A stretch of DNA of 62,530 nucleotides, the filler included, from Rhabdomonas costata (lineage: Eukaryota), in NCBI GenBank assembly GCA_019059605.1. It is 36 parts of 36 records of this genome, joined end to end, with 100 filler letters (N's around TTAATTAATTAA, not from the genome) between each part and the next. Parts side by side here need not be neighbours in the genome. Positions count along the whole stretch, not along the records: positions 1 to 1,655 come from JAHMHO010011486.1; positions 1,756 to 3,395 come from JAHMHO010011487.1; positions 3,496 to 5,132 come from JAHMHO010011488.1; positions 5,233 to 6,872 come from JAHMHO010011489.1; positions 6,973 to 8,613 come from JAHMHO010011490.1; positions 8,714 to 10,352 come from JAHMHO010011491.1; positions 10,453 to 12,097 come from JAHMHO010011492.1; 29 more parts are not named here. One strand, given 5' to 3'. Position numbers and translations under genes: made by a program. The notes beneath the pieces are model-generated. The model was not told the DNA's origin. It was given only the letters and a program-made list of their open reading frames with translations, and ran no database searches. The stretch's first letter is position 1; each line of letters begins with the position of its first letter. Of the stretch, positions 1 through 11,944 are shown in pieces.

Positions 1-158
1 GGGGTTGTTGAACTTCTGGTGCCGTTCCAGCGATTACTGCAACGCTGGAACGGCACCAGAAGTTCAACTGCCGCTTCAAATGGGAGAGTTCTGCACATCA
101 GTCGATGTTCCTGCTGCGGCTGCGGAAGAGGAGAGCATATGCGGGGGGGGGGGAGTAC

Positions 159-953
159 CTTCTGGAAGTTCAGTTGGACGTTGCTCTGGGACTGCGTGAA
201 GGCCAAGCTGAGGGTGTCCATGAGGACCTGGTTGGACAGTGTGCCCACACCCAGCACCACAGAGTCCGTCGACCGCACGGGCCGGCCCTCGCACTGCATG
301 CTTGCAGTCATCTGCCGCAGCGCGGCATTGGCCAGGATGGGCGGCAGAGGAAAGCTGGACGACTCCAACAGATGCCTGGAGGAGTCGGGGCTGGCCACCG
401 TCCTGCAAAAAAGAAAAGAAAAGAAAAGCAGAGCAAGGAAAGGGCACATCACGCTTCATCTCCCGATTTCTCTTCCCTGACCCATTGGGAACGTTGCAGG
501 GCCACATGTCCCACATGTCCACGCTAAGATACAAACCCAGCGAAAAGAAATCTGGTTATGCCTGAAGCAAGTTATAAAGCATACACACCACGTCCACATA
601 TACAAGCGCAGCAACTGTTGGCAGGACTGTGCTGAGATGAGAGCATAGGGTGGAACTCACCTGCCCCACCCCCTCTCACGCCAAATACTATCTATCAACC
701 TCCTTTGCACAACAGCCCCCTCAGAAAAATCCCCGTGGCCTCGCACCTAAGGGAAAGTGGATCCTCGGATGGGTGATGAGCCACCCACCATCGCAAAGGA
801 ATGCAAAGTAAGGAACTGGGAACTTGCATACCATCGAATCAACTCAAAGATGGCTGTGGCCACCTCGCAGTCATTGTAGGCGCTGTGGATCGCGGCGTAG
901 GACATCATTATCATGGGGTACGTCATCATGCCGGGCAGGCTGACCACAGAGGA
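159..953 (-). CDS. Tandem PstS/phosphate-binding-protein-like domain protein, two internal exons (953-832, 402-159); probably a receptor ectodomain
   Basis: A GTATGC..TTGCAG intron (831-403) joins TG+G into Trp. The product SLPGMMTYPMIMMSYAAIHSAYNDCEVATAIFELIRWTVASPDSSRHLLESSSFPLPP resembles a PstS C-terminus (YPI..D C..A.AL..FL.W..PLP). It is followed by VVLGVGTLSNQVLMDTLSLAFTQSQSNVQLNFQK, which resembles the start of a second PstS domain. Confidence 0.65.
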
Positions 954-1524
954 CTATGCCAGCATACAGCAGCAAAACATACTTCCAGGCTCCAAATCCC
1001 TACCTCTATCTTCATCTCTGAAATTCCGGACGGCTGCTTGCAGCTGGAAAAGTTGTTCCACAGGCAGACAAAGCCCACCTTGACGCGCTCATGTGTGCGG
1101 AAAGCTCTTCCTCTTCCTCTTCTTCCATAATTTTTTACAGGATGGCGAGAGTGTGTGGGCGTGGGGCTGCAGAAAAAAGGGTGTGGAGGGGGGTCGTTAA
1201 ACGCTTGGCGGCGTTAACGCTTTTTTTTTTTGCATTAATGCAATTGTGAGACAGCTTTATTTTTTGAGAGATGCGGAAAGCGCGGCAACGGCTTCTTCAC
1301 ACCCCGTTGCCTTTGGGGGGAGGTGCGCCGCGGAACATGGGCGCATCAGAACCTTGGTATCACGGACACTACATATTTCTGCACACAGACAACAGCACAC
1401 ACAATTGTGCGGATGGATTGGCACCCTTTCATTGACTGGGATGTTTTGTCTGATTGCAGCGTGTTGTACCGTCTGGCTGCGCGGTGAAAGTAGCCCCGCA
1501 TGGATTTCACGCCGTGCACAGGGA

Positions 1525-1633
1525 AACACAACACAACACAACACAACACAACACAACACAACACAACACAACACAACACAACACAACACAACACAACACA
1601 ACACAACACAACACAACACAACACAACACAACA
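1525..1633. repeat. (AACAC)n pentanucleotide microsatellite, about 21 units
   Basis: Perfect tandem array visible directly. Confidence 0.97.
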
Positions 1634-1655
1634 GCCCAAACATACAAAACCACAC

Positions 1656-1755
1656 NNNNNNNNNNNNNNNNNNNNNNNNNNNNNNNNNNNNNNNNNNNNT
1701 TAATTAATTAANNNNNNNNNNNNNNNNNNNNNNNNNNNNNNNNNNNNNNNNNNNN
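1656..1755. other. Artificial contig spacer (first of 35): 44 N + TTAATTAATTAA + 44 N
   Basis: The identical 100-nt block recurs every ~1.74 kb. The 12-mer gives stops in all six frames. Contigs run 1-1655, 1756-3395, 3496-5132, 5233-6872 and so on to 60893-62530. Confidence 0.99.
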
Positions 1756-2139
1756 GTGTTTGTTGGGAATGCAAAATTTCAAACTTGGTGGCTTGTGTTA
1801 CTTCAGAATTTTGATTTGAATTTTACCGAGCTCGTTCCCTTTGGAGTTGCAAACACGGCGTTCTCGCGCACGTGTTTCTTTGCCAAGGCAAAGCCAACTA
1901 GAAGCCTCAAAAGTGGACCTCCCGATGCATCAGTGGTACTGGCTGATTGGACTCTCACCCGAAAAGCTAGCCTAGCCTTGCAGCTGCTTTCTAAGCGAGG
2001 CCTGTGCCCACCCGTCCTCGGTTTTTTTTGCGGAGGGGGGGGGGGCAAAGTGTGTCAGCGACAAGAAGGTCCACAGCTCTTGCACCCCTCCGTGTTGTGA
2101 GGTAGGTTCGCAGGGGCGGGGGAAGGAGGTCGGACACAC

Positions 2140-2273
2140 TTCGCGTAGTCCGACCAGAAGGCGTCAGGGTCCTTCACGGACTTCTCGTACAGCTCCTTGC
2201 GCGCCTCCAGGCTCTTGATCCAGGAGAGCGCCACGATCTCCTTGGTAGGAGGGACCACAGTGTATTCCGTCAT
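2140..2273 (-). CDS. ACS: Acetyl-CoA synthetase (AMP-forming), first coding exon
   Basis: MTEYTVVPPTKEIVALSWIKSLEARKELYEKSVKDPDAFWSDYA matches the ACAS_N pattern (Y.ELY..S..DP..FW...A). It ends at a GTGTGT donor. A polypyrimidine tract plus AG lies 7 nt upstream of the ATG. Confidence 0.85.
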
Positions 2274-2874
2274 TTTGTGGCTCAAAAGGCCGCAGAAAAA
2301 GGACGCGGGGAGAAAGAGAAAGGACTGAACGGAACAACCACTCAGGAAAGAAGGATGCCGGTGCCAATGAAACTTTGACGTCTTTGAAAAACCGAGTATA
2401 AACATTTGGAAAATCTAACTGAATTTCCACTGGAGTTCTTTGCAACACTCCTCTCCGATGACCAGAAGACACATGGCGAATGCCACATTTTGCATGGCGG
2501 CGTGACGGGCATCTTCCTACATTTCGGAAACATGTGGGATTCAATCCTTAAGTCTACACCTTGATTTAACAACAATTTTTTATATTGGTTGACTGTTATT
2601 TCGGATTGATTTTTTGTCCCTCACATCCAGTCAATTCTCACATTGGCATTTTTATTGTAGCACCGCATTGGACAGCTCCAACCTCCTCACCGTTTCATAT
2701 TGAATTCTCCTTTGAAGGTGGAGGAACTAAACTGCTTCATGTTGACTTCCACTTCCGAATTGATCTTTCAAAAAAATTCTCTGTTCAGTGGGAAAGACCG
2801 GCAAAAAGCAAACAGAAAAAAAAACAAGAAAGGGTGAAAATCCGGAAGGTGGTACGGGAGATGTGTGCAGAGCT

Positions 2875-3385
2875 CACTCACATAGAACTGCGGGGAAGCA
2901 CACTCCTGAGGAGCCACGGCATCCCCAGGCGCGGTGCAGTATTTCAGGCTGCAGGGGCCCATAGTATTGAAATCGGGAGGTCTCCTCACGTGAGTGAACG
3001 TCCTGCACAAACTGGTTCATGAGCCTTCCGGAAAGATGGAGTATTTTGTCGGGAAGTACTGTAGCCCTGGCGTGGTCAGCAAGTGTCAGTTTTCGACTAC
3101 CGTCCAGGGAACGAAAAGTAGGGCACCGTCCTGCCTGACCTGTTGGGAAAAATACAGGATAGAGAAGTGGTTCCCACCTGCTAACCAACTCCCCTATCAC
3201 GTCCTGATGATTTGAGCTCTTTCGTAGCTCAAGAGCTACGCGTTCCGGAGGCATGAGGCCATCTCCCTCCAACCAGAACTGCGTTCCAAACCAGAAACAT
3301 GGTGTCATTGACGTTGCCAACGTCAATGATCCACTCCTGGCAGTCCTGACAAAACTCCTTCATCAGCTTGTCATTTGCACGCAAA
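2875..3385 (-). CDS. Possible exons of a hypothetical gene upstream of ACS
   Basis: ANDKLMKEFCQDCQEWIIDVGNVNDTMFL|GT ... AG|DVHSREETSRFQYYGPLQPEILHRAWG join in phase 0. No family recognised. Confidence 0.3.
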
Positions 3386-5232
3386 ACAACCACAANNNNN
3401 NNNNNNNNNNNNNNNNNNNNNNNNNNNNNNNNNNNNNNNTTAATTAATTAANNNNNNNNNNNNNNNNNNNNNNNNNNNNNNNNNNNNNNNNNNNNGGGGG
3501 TGGGGGGTGCCTGTGAGGCCCTTTTCAGAAGAGTCGGGAACTTACGGGAAAGGTACAGCTCAGAGGCAAGCCTGGAGGGGTCCGTAACTGGAACACAGTA
3601 CACAGTTAGATGCCTGAGATAGATAATGGGTCAATTCTTTGAGAACCGAGGAAGCTGTAGCAAGGGGTGCGTTCACAACTTTCGTTGCAATGAGCAGTGA
3701 CACTGGCGCGGGCACGCTCACTGGATGTCGTCACTCACTCTGCTTTCTATCACTGTGACTGTGTGTTCCGAAGCGTGTGTGAGAGAGTGTGGGTCAGTGG
3801 TTCAGTGAGTGAGTGCGTGTGCGCGTGAATTGATTGATTGATTGAGTGAGTGAGTGAGATACTCTTTACCACGGCTTTGCTTTTAGGTTCGTTGAGGATT
3901 GCGTTCGCAGCGAACAGAGCTTCCTGAGTGCCCAGGGGAGTAGTGGGGGCCTCCTGGTGCCGCGGTGGGGCTGAGAGCCGGGGAAAACGAAGGAGAGTCC
4001 CACGCGCAGTGCTCCATGGGAAGTAGAGAAGGACTCAGTGGGGGCAGAGCGGGGCCGCCTCGGGAGCCCGGCCGTAGCACACACAGCCTGGGGCTCCAAT
4101 GGCGGGGAGAGCGGCCGCGAGTCTTGGCCCGACCGTTGCTGGCGAGAATGATAACAGGAAAAAAACGGGGTCAGAAAGCTGCTGCGATAGTCAAAAGACC
4201 GCCATAAATCAATTTGCGATGTGTGGAAGACGGCTGTCAAAGGCATCTTTGCTTTGGCGTTCTGGTGACGGCTGTCGTTAGTTACCCTCGCATCCCCTAA
4301 CAATGTCCTGACGGCGCTACGCTGGACCAGGGAATCGTTCCGCCACCGCCATTCTACATTGGGAAAGAACACTTATCCATACCTGCTTGTTGAAAAAAGA
4401 CCACACAAGTACTGAAAACTCCCCTATAAAGCTGACAAGCAGCCCCCCCCCCGACTTCAACTTCTTGAAAACACCAGCTGTTTCGCTGACGAAGTCCAAG
4501 AAGTCCCCCGCCCTTACCACTTGCGGGGCGAGCTTGAGCGAGAAACAAAGGCCACAGAAAAGAAACAAATAATCGCTTCCCGCCAGAAGCGCCCCGAGAA
4601 ACCTCACATAGTGCGCGTATAAAGAGTACGTCCGATCAGCAACACAGAAAAAAAAGAGTAAAAACATATTTTGTGGGGGTGGGCGACGGCGGGTTTTGGA
4701 GGGGGCTTCGTGACGATACCTTGGCCATGAAGGAAAAGGGATCGTACAGGATGGTAGAGGGCTTCCCGTGGTCCGAGATGGGCTATATAAGCAAGACAAA
4801 AAGAATGAAAGCGGAACTCCTTGCTTCCAAAAAACGTCGTGGGAGAGGACTGGACCACAGGACCACCCTGTGGCCCCAAAAATTGGGACCCCGCCCGGCA
4901 GCTATACCCACAACAGAAGCTGAGAATTACCTTTATTCGCACGCTCAGAAATATTTTTTCGACCGCAGGCACAGAGGAGCGGAAGGAAGCGAAATGAAGA
5001 GGAATGAACCACACCATTCCACATTCAGTTACCGCAACCCTTCAGTCTACCTGCAGGTAAGCGTTGTTGGGTTTCGGATCACACAAACACGGAACAAGGC
5101 CCTGCTGCGAAAGGAAACGGCTGTTTCCGACCNNNNNNNNNNNNNNNNNNNNNNNNNNNNNNNNNNNNNNNNNNNNTTAATTAATTAANNNNNNNNNNNN
5201 NNNNNNNNNNNNNNNNNNNNNNNNNNNNNNNN

Positions 5233-6872
5233 GGTGGATTCTCCTGCTGCTGCAAAAGAGGCTCCGATGCAGCTGACAGCACTGCGGGCCTCTTTGCAGC
5301 ACCGATGCTTCCGGAGGCTGGGAATGCGGTCGCGTTGCCAGTTGACCACCGCGCAGGGCAAGCAGAGGGCTGTGAACGATGCTTGTCTCCCTGATTGCAC
5401 GGGGGTAGCCTTCCCGGATTCGGCGGTGGCGAAGGAGTGGGCAGAGAAGGCTGCAAGGCTGGAAAAGCTTCTCCGATGCCGTGCGACCTCTAGAGTGGAA
5501 ACAGCACGCCAGGTGTCGCAGCTGATGCGGGAAATGCTGCCGCTGCTGCCGTTTTCCTACAGCCGCATCGTGCAGAAAGTCCTAGAACTCCCTATGGTGG
5601 ATGAGTGTTTGTCTGCCAAGGGTCATTTTGTGTACTGCCTTCTGTCGCCGTTCCTGACGAAAGCCTATGTGGGTGCCGTTGGGCTGAAGCGCCCGCGCGC
5701 TCCTTATGCAAGGCTGCGGGAGCACTGGAATTTGGTGAGGCTCTGGGCCTCCCGTGCGTCACGGAGGCGGTATGCGCAGAGGGCTCCGGAGCTTTACAGA
5801 GCGGTAGCGAAAGTTGGTATCGGTAACGCCATTATGGTTCTCTTGGCAGAGACAGAGATGCATCGGCTGGCCTATGTGGAGGGCTGCTACATCCGCTGGT
5901 TGTCGCCCGTGTTCAACGTGTTTGGCACCTCCTCCGATGATGCCCTACCAGCGGTAGTGAAGCGTGTGTTGGGCTCCTCGATGTCGGAGGACATCAGGCT
6001 GGTCGCCGCTGCGTTGCTGCGCAAGAACCGTCCCCGCCTTCCCCTCCACGTCTGGCCAGTGTTGGCGCAGGTGCTGAGAACCGGGGATCGAGAGCTGGCC
6101 GCGAAGCTGGCGCGACAAGCGCGCCATATGTGGCCACAGCTGAGCCGACTGCGGGCAGCGCCCCGCTTGGTTTTCCCCTGTCCAGTGCCGGCATCCGTGT
6201 TGAAAAAGCTTCGGGCGGAGGTTCATGCTGCGCTGATGGCACTGCCTTTTGTGAGGCGGACACCGCAGTTTACGGTGATGGTAGAGGCCACTGCAGTGTG
6301 TTGGGAGCGGTCTGTTTATGCTGAGGTAGTGTTGGCACCAGCAGCCATTCCCTGGGACCAGGTGGGCCCGTGCCAGTGCGGTTCGCTGCCTGACTGGGTC
6401 CGCCGATTCCAAGGGCATGTGATATGCCGGGAATGGCAGAAGATTGCATGGTGCCGTGAGCTTGCGGCCGTGGTGGGAAGAGCCTCGCTGCAAACGCGGA
6501 CCTATCCGTCATTGCAGCGGATAGTGGGGGAGTTCTCGGCAAGGGTAATTCGTTACCTGCGGCTGGGTGGTTTTCCGGAGGAAGAAGCCACAGATGCGGC
6601 TTCCGCGGTGATGAAAACAGCCCTGACAACCCTCTCGCCGTGGTACGCTGCGCTTGCGCCCGCACTGAAGCAAAAGAACTTAATTGCATCTCGCAGCAAA
6701 GTGTGGGCTGGTGGACTGGTGCTGGTTCGGGTGGATCGCAGTCCCGGCCGGATCATGGTCCTGTGTCGGGAGCTTTGGCAGAAGCTGCAAGTTGCAACTT
6801 TTCTGGAGAACTCGAGGTACAGGACTTTGAATTTGTCTTCCTTTACCGAGGACGTGGCGTATGCGCTATCGG
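5233..6872 (+). mobile_element. Penelope-like retroelement ORF fragment with N-terminal GIY-YIG endonuclease (Naiad/Chlamys type), cut at both contig ends
   Basis: About 546 codons with no stop or intron. GIY-YIG motifs HFVYCL..KAYVG, ARLREHW, YVEGCYI and LSPVFN at ~5620-5920. CxC..GHV linker (CQCG..FQGHVIC) at ~6370-6430. RT N-terminal motif LVLVRVDRSPGRIMVLCRELW at ~6715-6780, equivalent to the PLE pattern V..PADK...IV..C..Y. Confidence 0.82.
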
Positions 6873-7462
6873 NNNNNNNNNNNNNNNNNNNNNNNNNNNN
6901 NNNNNNNNNNNNNNNNTTAATTAATTAANNNNNNNNNNNNNNNNNNNNNNNNNNNNNNNNNNNNNNNNNNNNTTTTTTGGGTAAGACAAGAGCAGTGTTC
7001 GTGTATGTTTATGTGTGTAAGTGCGGGGGGTGGTTACACTGTGCGTGTCCTTTCGGAGGTAAAAACGGGCCTCGTGAGGGACCTTTCGTGTTTCATGACC
7101 ATTCCATTTGGTTCCATGTAATTCGACTTTGGCGCTAATAGGCTGCGAAGTTCGAGGTGCGAAGTAGAGGTAGAGGGACATGATGGAATAGAGTGGCGAA
7201 GGTGATTATGGTTGCGTTTTTAAATTGACATTGCTGTGCTTTGGCAGACAAATGGAAGACCGGAGCGGGCAGATGCGTTGGGTCCTGGGTGGTCGATGCT
7301 ATCTAAGCACAACTAAATACCGAATCCGACACTTTTGAGGGGATGTTTTTTGGCACGGGGTTAGGTAAATTTGATTGCTTTTGAGAAAAAGGGAGGGCAG
7401 TGCCGGCGAAACATAGCGTTCTCCCTGCTTGTGATAATATAATCTGTCCTTTTTGTTCCTAG

Positions 7463-7699
7463 GTGTTGTCAATTGCAACCTTTCCGTGCTTTATGCGGGG
7501 CAAGAATGAGTACGGGAAGAACGACGTCGAGCCCGACGTTGTCAACCATGACCTCCCTGGGGTCCGGATGCACGGGATGTTTGCCCACGGCGAGCTAGGC
7601 CCCAGGAGGCTCTTGCCGTTCGGTGGGGAGCTCTCGCCGGCCCAGGGCTGCACTCAGCACAGCATGACCACCGTGATGGCGATGTTCACCTCGGAGTGA
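7463..7699 (+). CDS. FIST C-domain protein (FBXO22-like C-terminus), terminal exon
   Basis: CTAG acceptor, then FPCFMRGKNEYGKNDVEPDVVNHDLPGVRMHGMFAHGELGP...HSMTTV and a TGA stop. Matches the FIST_C pattern C..RG...G.F..GE.GP...H..T.V. Confidence 0.75.
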   Translation: MLSIATFPCFMRGKNEYGKNDVEPDVVNHDLPGVRMHGMFAHGELGPRRLLPFGGELSPAQGCTQHSMTTVMAMFTSE

Positions 7700-10600
7700 G
7701 CTGTGGATGTACGTTGCGGCGAGATGCGATCGAGACGACGCGCGGGTTCCCTCCCCGCAAGGAAGTGGAAGATTGGGTGGAACAGCGCTGCTATTGCACC
7801 GCACTGTGTGACTGGTTTTGCTGCTTTTTAGAGGTGTTGGGCGCACCTCTTTCTATTTTCTTTATTTCTCGCTGTGTGACTGATTCTTCGCTAGCTGTTT
7901 TGCTAGGTGTTGGGCGCACCTTTTTTTGCGTTGTGTGAGTGGACAAGTCGATTTCCTTGACACTCCACAGTTCAGACTGTGGCATCCCCTTGAGGGCATG
8001 CAGGCTCGTTTTTTCTTTCTGGGAATCTTCAGCAGCACTTGGAATTGACGGGGACCGTTCTTCTCGGCCTAAATCTTCGCTCACTTTTTTGGTTGACTTC
8101 TGAGACCCCTCAGTCCGGAGGTGTGACCAGTCCCAAGTGGAGCTGGTCATAACTTGGTGTGGGTCTTGGTTGGTGGGACGGTAATAATTCTCATGCTTGT
8201 TTTCTCATGCCTGCTTCCCAGCCTCTGCCTGTATCTCCACGTCAAGTTGTGGCATCTTGAACGGTCCATTTTAGGTCTTTTCCTGGAACATTATGCCGAT
8301 ACGGGAGTGAGATGCGGCGCTGGTTTTGTGAAGCAATGTTGTCATTTCATCGACACACACCCTCACAGGGAGGAATTCCTGTCAATTTGCGCACCTTCAG
8401 TGCCTCCAGTGTGCCAGCAAATTCATGTGTAGGTGTGTGCGGGCAGCGTGTTTTTTTAGCCTGCGACAGTTCAGCGGGAATCAGAAACGGACCTTCTGAG
8501 ATCATGTTGATCAAGTTATCAGCCTTCATTGGCTGATAACTTATGGTGGTAGTGGATTTTAGAGTGGTCGTTTTTGTATGCCTTTCCTGCAGTAGATATA
8601 CCCACCACCACCANNNNNNNNNNNNNNNNNNNNNNNNNNNNNNNNNNNNNNNNNNNNTTAATTAATTAANNNNNNNNNNNNNNNNNNNNNNNNNNNNNNN
8701 NNNNNNNNNNNNNGTTTTTGGTGGAAGGTGTCTGGGGAAGGGGGGGAGGTCGGCGGAGTTTCTTGGTGGTCGACCAGCCTGTTCTTTCACGTTATTTGAA
8801 GCAAAGCTAAGGCCTGAGAAGTAAATCTCTACGCGGGTTCTCGGAGACATGCACGGATGGTATGCCATGGGGTGGACCCTGGAGAGGGTATCATGGTCTC
8901 AGCCCACGGCCTTCCTTATGCGCTCTCTATGCGGCTGACTAGGTGCCACCCCTGTTTAAGGGGGTATTGTTTGCAGACACGTCAGACCAGCTCAACATCC
9001 TTGAAGGCGTTCTTTGTTTTTTGTTTCTTTGTTTGTTTTTCAAATCAAAAAGTTATTGATTGAGGACGATTTCAGATTAGCCTTGGTGCTTTTTATGATC
9101 GCCTTCTCTTGGATGAGTATCGAGAATGCAAAGCATCTAACACAGAGACTTTCAACTGCTTGCGTGTTTTGAGGGTCCCCGGGTGTCCTCTAGTTGCAGT
9201 TGAACAATAATTTCTTGTCCCTTATCGTTCGACGTAGTCAGCTTTACATATCAGTGGTCTTATATGAAGATAATCAATGACATATATGTTCTGGCCGAAG
9301 AAGGTTTTTGCCTCGACCCAGAAACAGCATTGCGTTTATGGTCTTGTTATGTTTTCGGGTGGAATGGTGGACTGGTGGAGTGGTTGGAGTGGTGCTAAAC
9401 CTTGTTGAGCGTTGATGCCAACAGGAAGCACGAGGTGACATCCCATCCGTCCTGTGCTGTCCCGCGTTGCCCACGAGTATCTACGCTTGCGAGATGAGAG
9501 GGGATGAACGAAGCAAGAGAGCAGCTACGCCCTCGATTTACTTCTGCCTGTGCTGTGGGTGTGACCTCTGCAGGCAGCCAGGCGGTGAGCTCGGCCTCTT
9601 CCACTACTCCACTGAGCCTCCCCGTGGGCTCCCTGGAGGCGTACTTTACTCTTTGAACATGGAGCTCGCTGTGTGTTTGCGTGTCTATGTGTCGCTGAGT
9701 GTATATGTTGTGGTGTGCCCGTTGGAGAACAAAATGGCAATCTGTGTGTGAATATTTGCGAATGTCCCCCAGTGCGGTGGGTGGTGATGTTCGGCGTGTA
9801 GTCGCCGCTGTAAAGTGTCCGGGGGTTCCTCGTTTGTTTTACGCATGTGTGCAAACGTTACAAGGGAATGCCCGCACACTGCGGTGTGCTGGGGTACGCG
9901 ACGCCGAAGCTGCTTCTCTGTGGACCGTTTGTGAATTTATTTCCAAAGCAGGCGTTACGAGGCTCCCAGCTTGGTGGGTATTGTAGGGGGTCTTTTGTAG
10001 GGTGTATTTTTGCAATAGCTGTTTTATCGATGCTCTCCTTTGGCAACACTGGAAATGGGAGTGGACGGGGTTCTTGAGGTATTGATCTCGGACCGGTCTC
10101 AGGCTCCGCAGGCAAGGCTGCACAGAGCTCTGGGGGTCCCAACACACGCACGCTTACCCGTATGCGCGAAGTTTTCATTTTTTCATTTGAAATCGCTCTT
10201 TCGTCTCATTCAAGCGCCCATGCGAGGTGATAAAGGACAAAAGCGGGGGCGTTATCGAAAAATGATTCCACTTAGTAACGTTCCCATAGCATATGTTGCA
10301 TACCTGTTGCCGCGCTCCAGCTTTCCCTCCCTCTCTGCTACCAACCCACACCNNNNNNNNNNNNNNNNNNNNNNNNNNNNNNNNNNNNNNNNNNNNTTAA
10401 TTAATTAANNNNNNNNNNNNNNNNNNNNNNNNNNNNNNNNNNNNNNNNNNNNTTTTTTGTCTGTGTCAGTTCCCGGTGCGGTGCGAATGTGTGCAAGATG
10501 TGGCTCAAAAATATGACTCCGCGATTCAGCGGGATGTTCGTTGCATGAGCAGCGGTGTCTGAGAGGGCAGAGGCCTCCCGTCAAAACGGCAGTCCACTAA

Positions 10601-10844
10601 GCCTGCCTTGGACCTCCTGCATTCACCGATGGCCAGAAGTTGCCCTCTTCCTTCCCACTCCACTGGAAAAACAGAACAAGCGTCGTTTACCGGTGCAAAA
10701 TCGCAGAATCGTTAGGAAGGAAAAAGTAAGGAAAAAATCGTGTGGAACAGATTCTGCGAGTACATACGTGCATGCTTCCCCAAAAAGAAAAGAAAAGAAA
10801 AGAAAATGAGTTTTTCGTAGCAAAAGACCACTCCACCACCTATG

Positions 10845-11056
10845 GGGACTGAAGCCGAAGCGCCTCGGGTCTCTTTATTTGTACAGGTGAGGCAAAAAGG
10901 CTGCGAGGACGTCCTTGCCCCACCCCCCGCCCCCTAACTTGGCGGTGACCCCCTTTGGCGGCCATTTTGCTCTCTCACTCTCTTACGCCGCCTCTTCGCC
11001 CTTCTCCTCCGCCTCATCTCTCGGCAGCCTGAGGGTTTGCCGTGACACCCACAACG
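10845..11056 (+). repeat. Dispersed structured repeat family A, diverged full-length copy
   Basis: GAAGCCGAAGCGCCTCGGGTCTCTTT...TACAGG...GGCTGCGAGG...GCAGCCTGAGGGTTTGCCGTGACACCCACAACG is collinear with the copies at 31878, 37741, 39208 and 50011. Confidence 0.75.
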
Positions 11057-11835
11057 AATGGGGGGAGCGCGCGCAGAAGCGCGGGGTGAAGCGCCCGCTT
11101 GTGCCACAAGCATATGGCACTGAAGAGCTGTGATTCACCCAACGCATGAAAAGAAAAAAAAAGCAGAAAGGTACAGCGACAACAGGCGTCGTGTGCGAGT
11201 GGAAACGCTTGGAATGCATTCAGAGAGGAGGCACGGCAGGCGACCAGACACTGAAGCGAAGAGAAGGGAAGGATTTTGGGGAAACAACCTCCGAAAGTTT
11301 ACCACAAGTATGCACATGGGAGGAGTTCAGACGAAGAGGAGGAGGAGGAGGAGTGTGGCACAGGCCTTGCTGTTGCCTCATGAAAGAGGAGGTGCGATCG
11401 GGGGGGGGGGCAGAGAGATGGAAAATTGCACTTGTGCTGAGTCAGCCGAGCGATGGCCTACTGACTCAGCAGGGAACGAGGTAGGACCGGAAGGCATGGC
11501 ACTCCCTTGGTTAACACGCTGTATATACTTTACCCCTTCCCACCTTCCTTTCCCTGTTCCTCTCTGAAAATCACACACACACAAACCAAAATCTCAGTGC
11601 TCCTGGCATCCGAGATGCATTCGCAGGACTGTCTGTGGTACGTGTCGAGGCTAATGCCTGAGGGCTATTGGCATTCCTTTGTGTCGCAAGTTCTCACCCA
11701 GACACAAGCTCACCAAGGATCACAGGTGAGTCACACCACCGTGGTGCGCCACCAAAAACACCAGGCACACAAGCAAACCAAGCAAACCAAGGCACAACTC
11801 AAGGCACATGGGAATCGGGCAAAAGGCAAAAGTAC

Positions 11836-11944
11836 CCGGCCCGCACGGCACTTGCAGCACAGTTTCGATGGAGCCCATGCAAGAGAAATCACTTTGCAAA
11901 GAGCAGAGGTAGAAGATCACCACCAGCAAGAGGACAACGTTCTT
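11836..11944 (-). CDS. Possible internal exon of a membrane protein
   Basis: AG|KNVVLLLVVIFYLCSLQSDFSCMGSIETVLQVPCGP|GT, with a hydrophobic stretch. No family recognised. Confidence 0.35.

Noticed and set aside
1246-1707. NTTQH or CCVVL repeat proteins
   Set aside because: These are translations of the (AACAC)n microsatellite.
1700-1711. TTAATTAATTAA repeated at regular ~1.74 kb spacing as a CRISPR-like or biological repeat
   Set aside because: It is always centred in N runs and is a standard all-frame-stop linker. ORFs ending in XXXLIN are artefacts of it.
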